64,000 nt of DNA, from contig CM060731.1 in the NCBI GenBank assembly GCA_030704615.1, positions 77,438,001 through 77,502,000 on the forward strand. Reading direction: 5' to 3'. A program made the position numbers and the translations under genes. Shown piece after piece: positions 63,618-64,000 of the stretch. The stretch comes from Takakia lepidozioides (lineage: Eukaryota; Plantae; Bryophyta). Each line of letters begins with the position of its first letter. The stretch's first letter is position 1. The notes beneath the pieces are model-generated. The model worked only from the letters and a program-made list of their open reading frames with translations. It was not told the origin of the DNA and made no database searches.

Positions 63618-63820
63618 GTGTACCGCTGGCTTTCAAGAGCAATATTGACTGTCAGTATCTTGTACCAATGTGTACCACTGGCTTTCAAAAGGGGTTGACT
63701 GTGAGTACCTTGTACTTGTGTACTATTGGCTTTGAAGAGGAACTGAGTGTGAGTACCTTGTACCAATGCCCATTACTATGAGTATCTTGTACCATGTGTA
63801 CCACTCGCTTTCAAGAGGGG
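63618..63820. repeat. Short tandem repeat of ~50 bp
   Basis: GTACCACTGGCTTTCAAGAG..TGAGTACCTTGTAC recurs about four times. Confidence 0.7.
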
Positions 63821-64000
63821 CTGATTTGTGATTTATTTCACCACCTCTACAAAAAAATTAGCCACCAAATGCTCCAAAAAAATCAAACTCGCCATATTTA
63901 CATATAGAAAATTTACCTATAGCCACCAAAAAAAATGAGCATGTTAATTGATTTCGCTACATGAGCACTAGTTAGATGAGACAAGTAGACTCGCCAGGCT

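Overview
Eukaryotic, intron-containing land-plant nuclear DNA; a seedless, moss-like plant is my inference. About 60% is transposon-derived. Host genes: two paralogous S-protein-homologue (SPH, Self-incomp_S1) genes, one frameshifted; a divergently transcribed secreted peptide precursor ending in a PSY1-like 18-mer and carrying RGF/GLV-like repeats; a 7-exon At1g32220-like NAD(P)-binding Rossmann gene; an F-box gene with one in-frame TAG; and a 10-exon ABCB29-like ABC transporter. Mobile DNA: three decayed Ty3/Gypsy elements (two nested in opposite orientation), a near full-length RTE-X-like LINE with many stacked 3' tails, a tRNA-derived SINE (two copies), a foldback-type MULE with a perfect 9-bp TSD and telomere-like subterminal arrays, a P-element/THAP9-like transposase relic and a hAT fragment. 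Best candidate for an undescribed system: the 3.8-16 kb secreted-ligand cluster, where non-homologous SPH and PSY/RGF-like genes share a homologous core promoter, leader and first-intron module. All family assignments are from motif recognition, not database searches.
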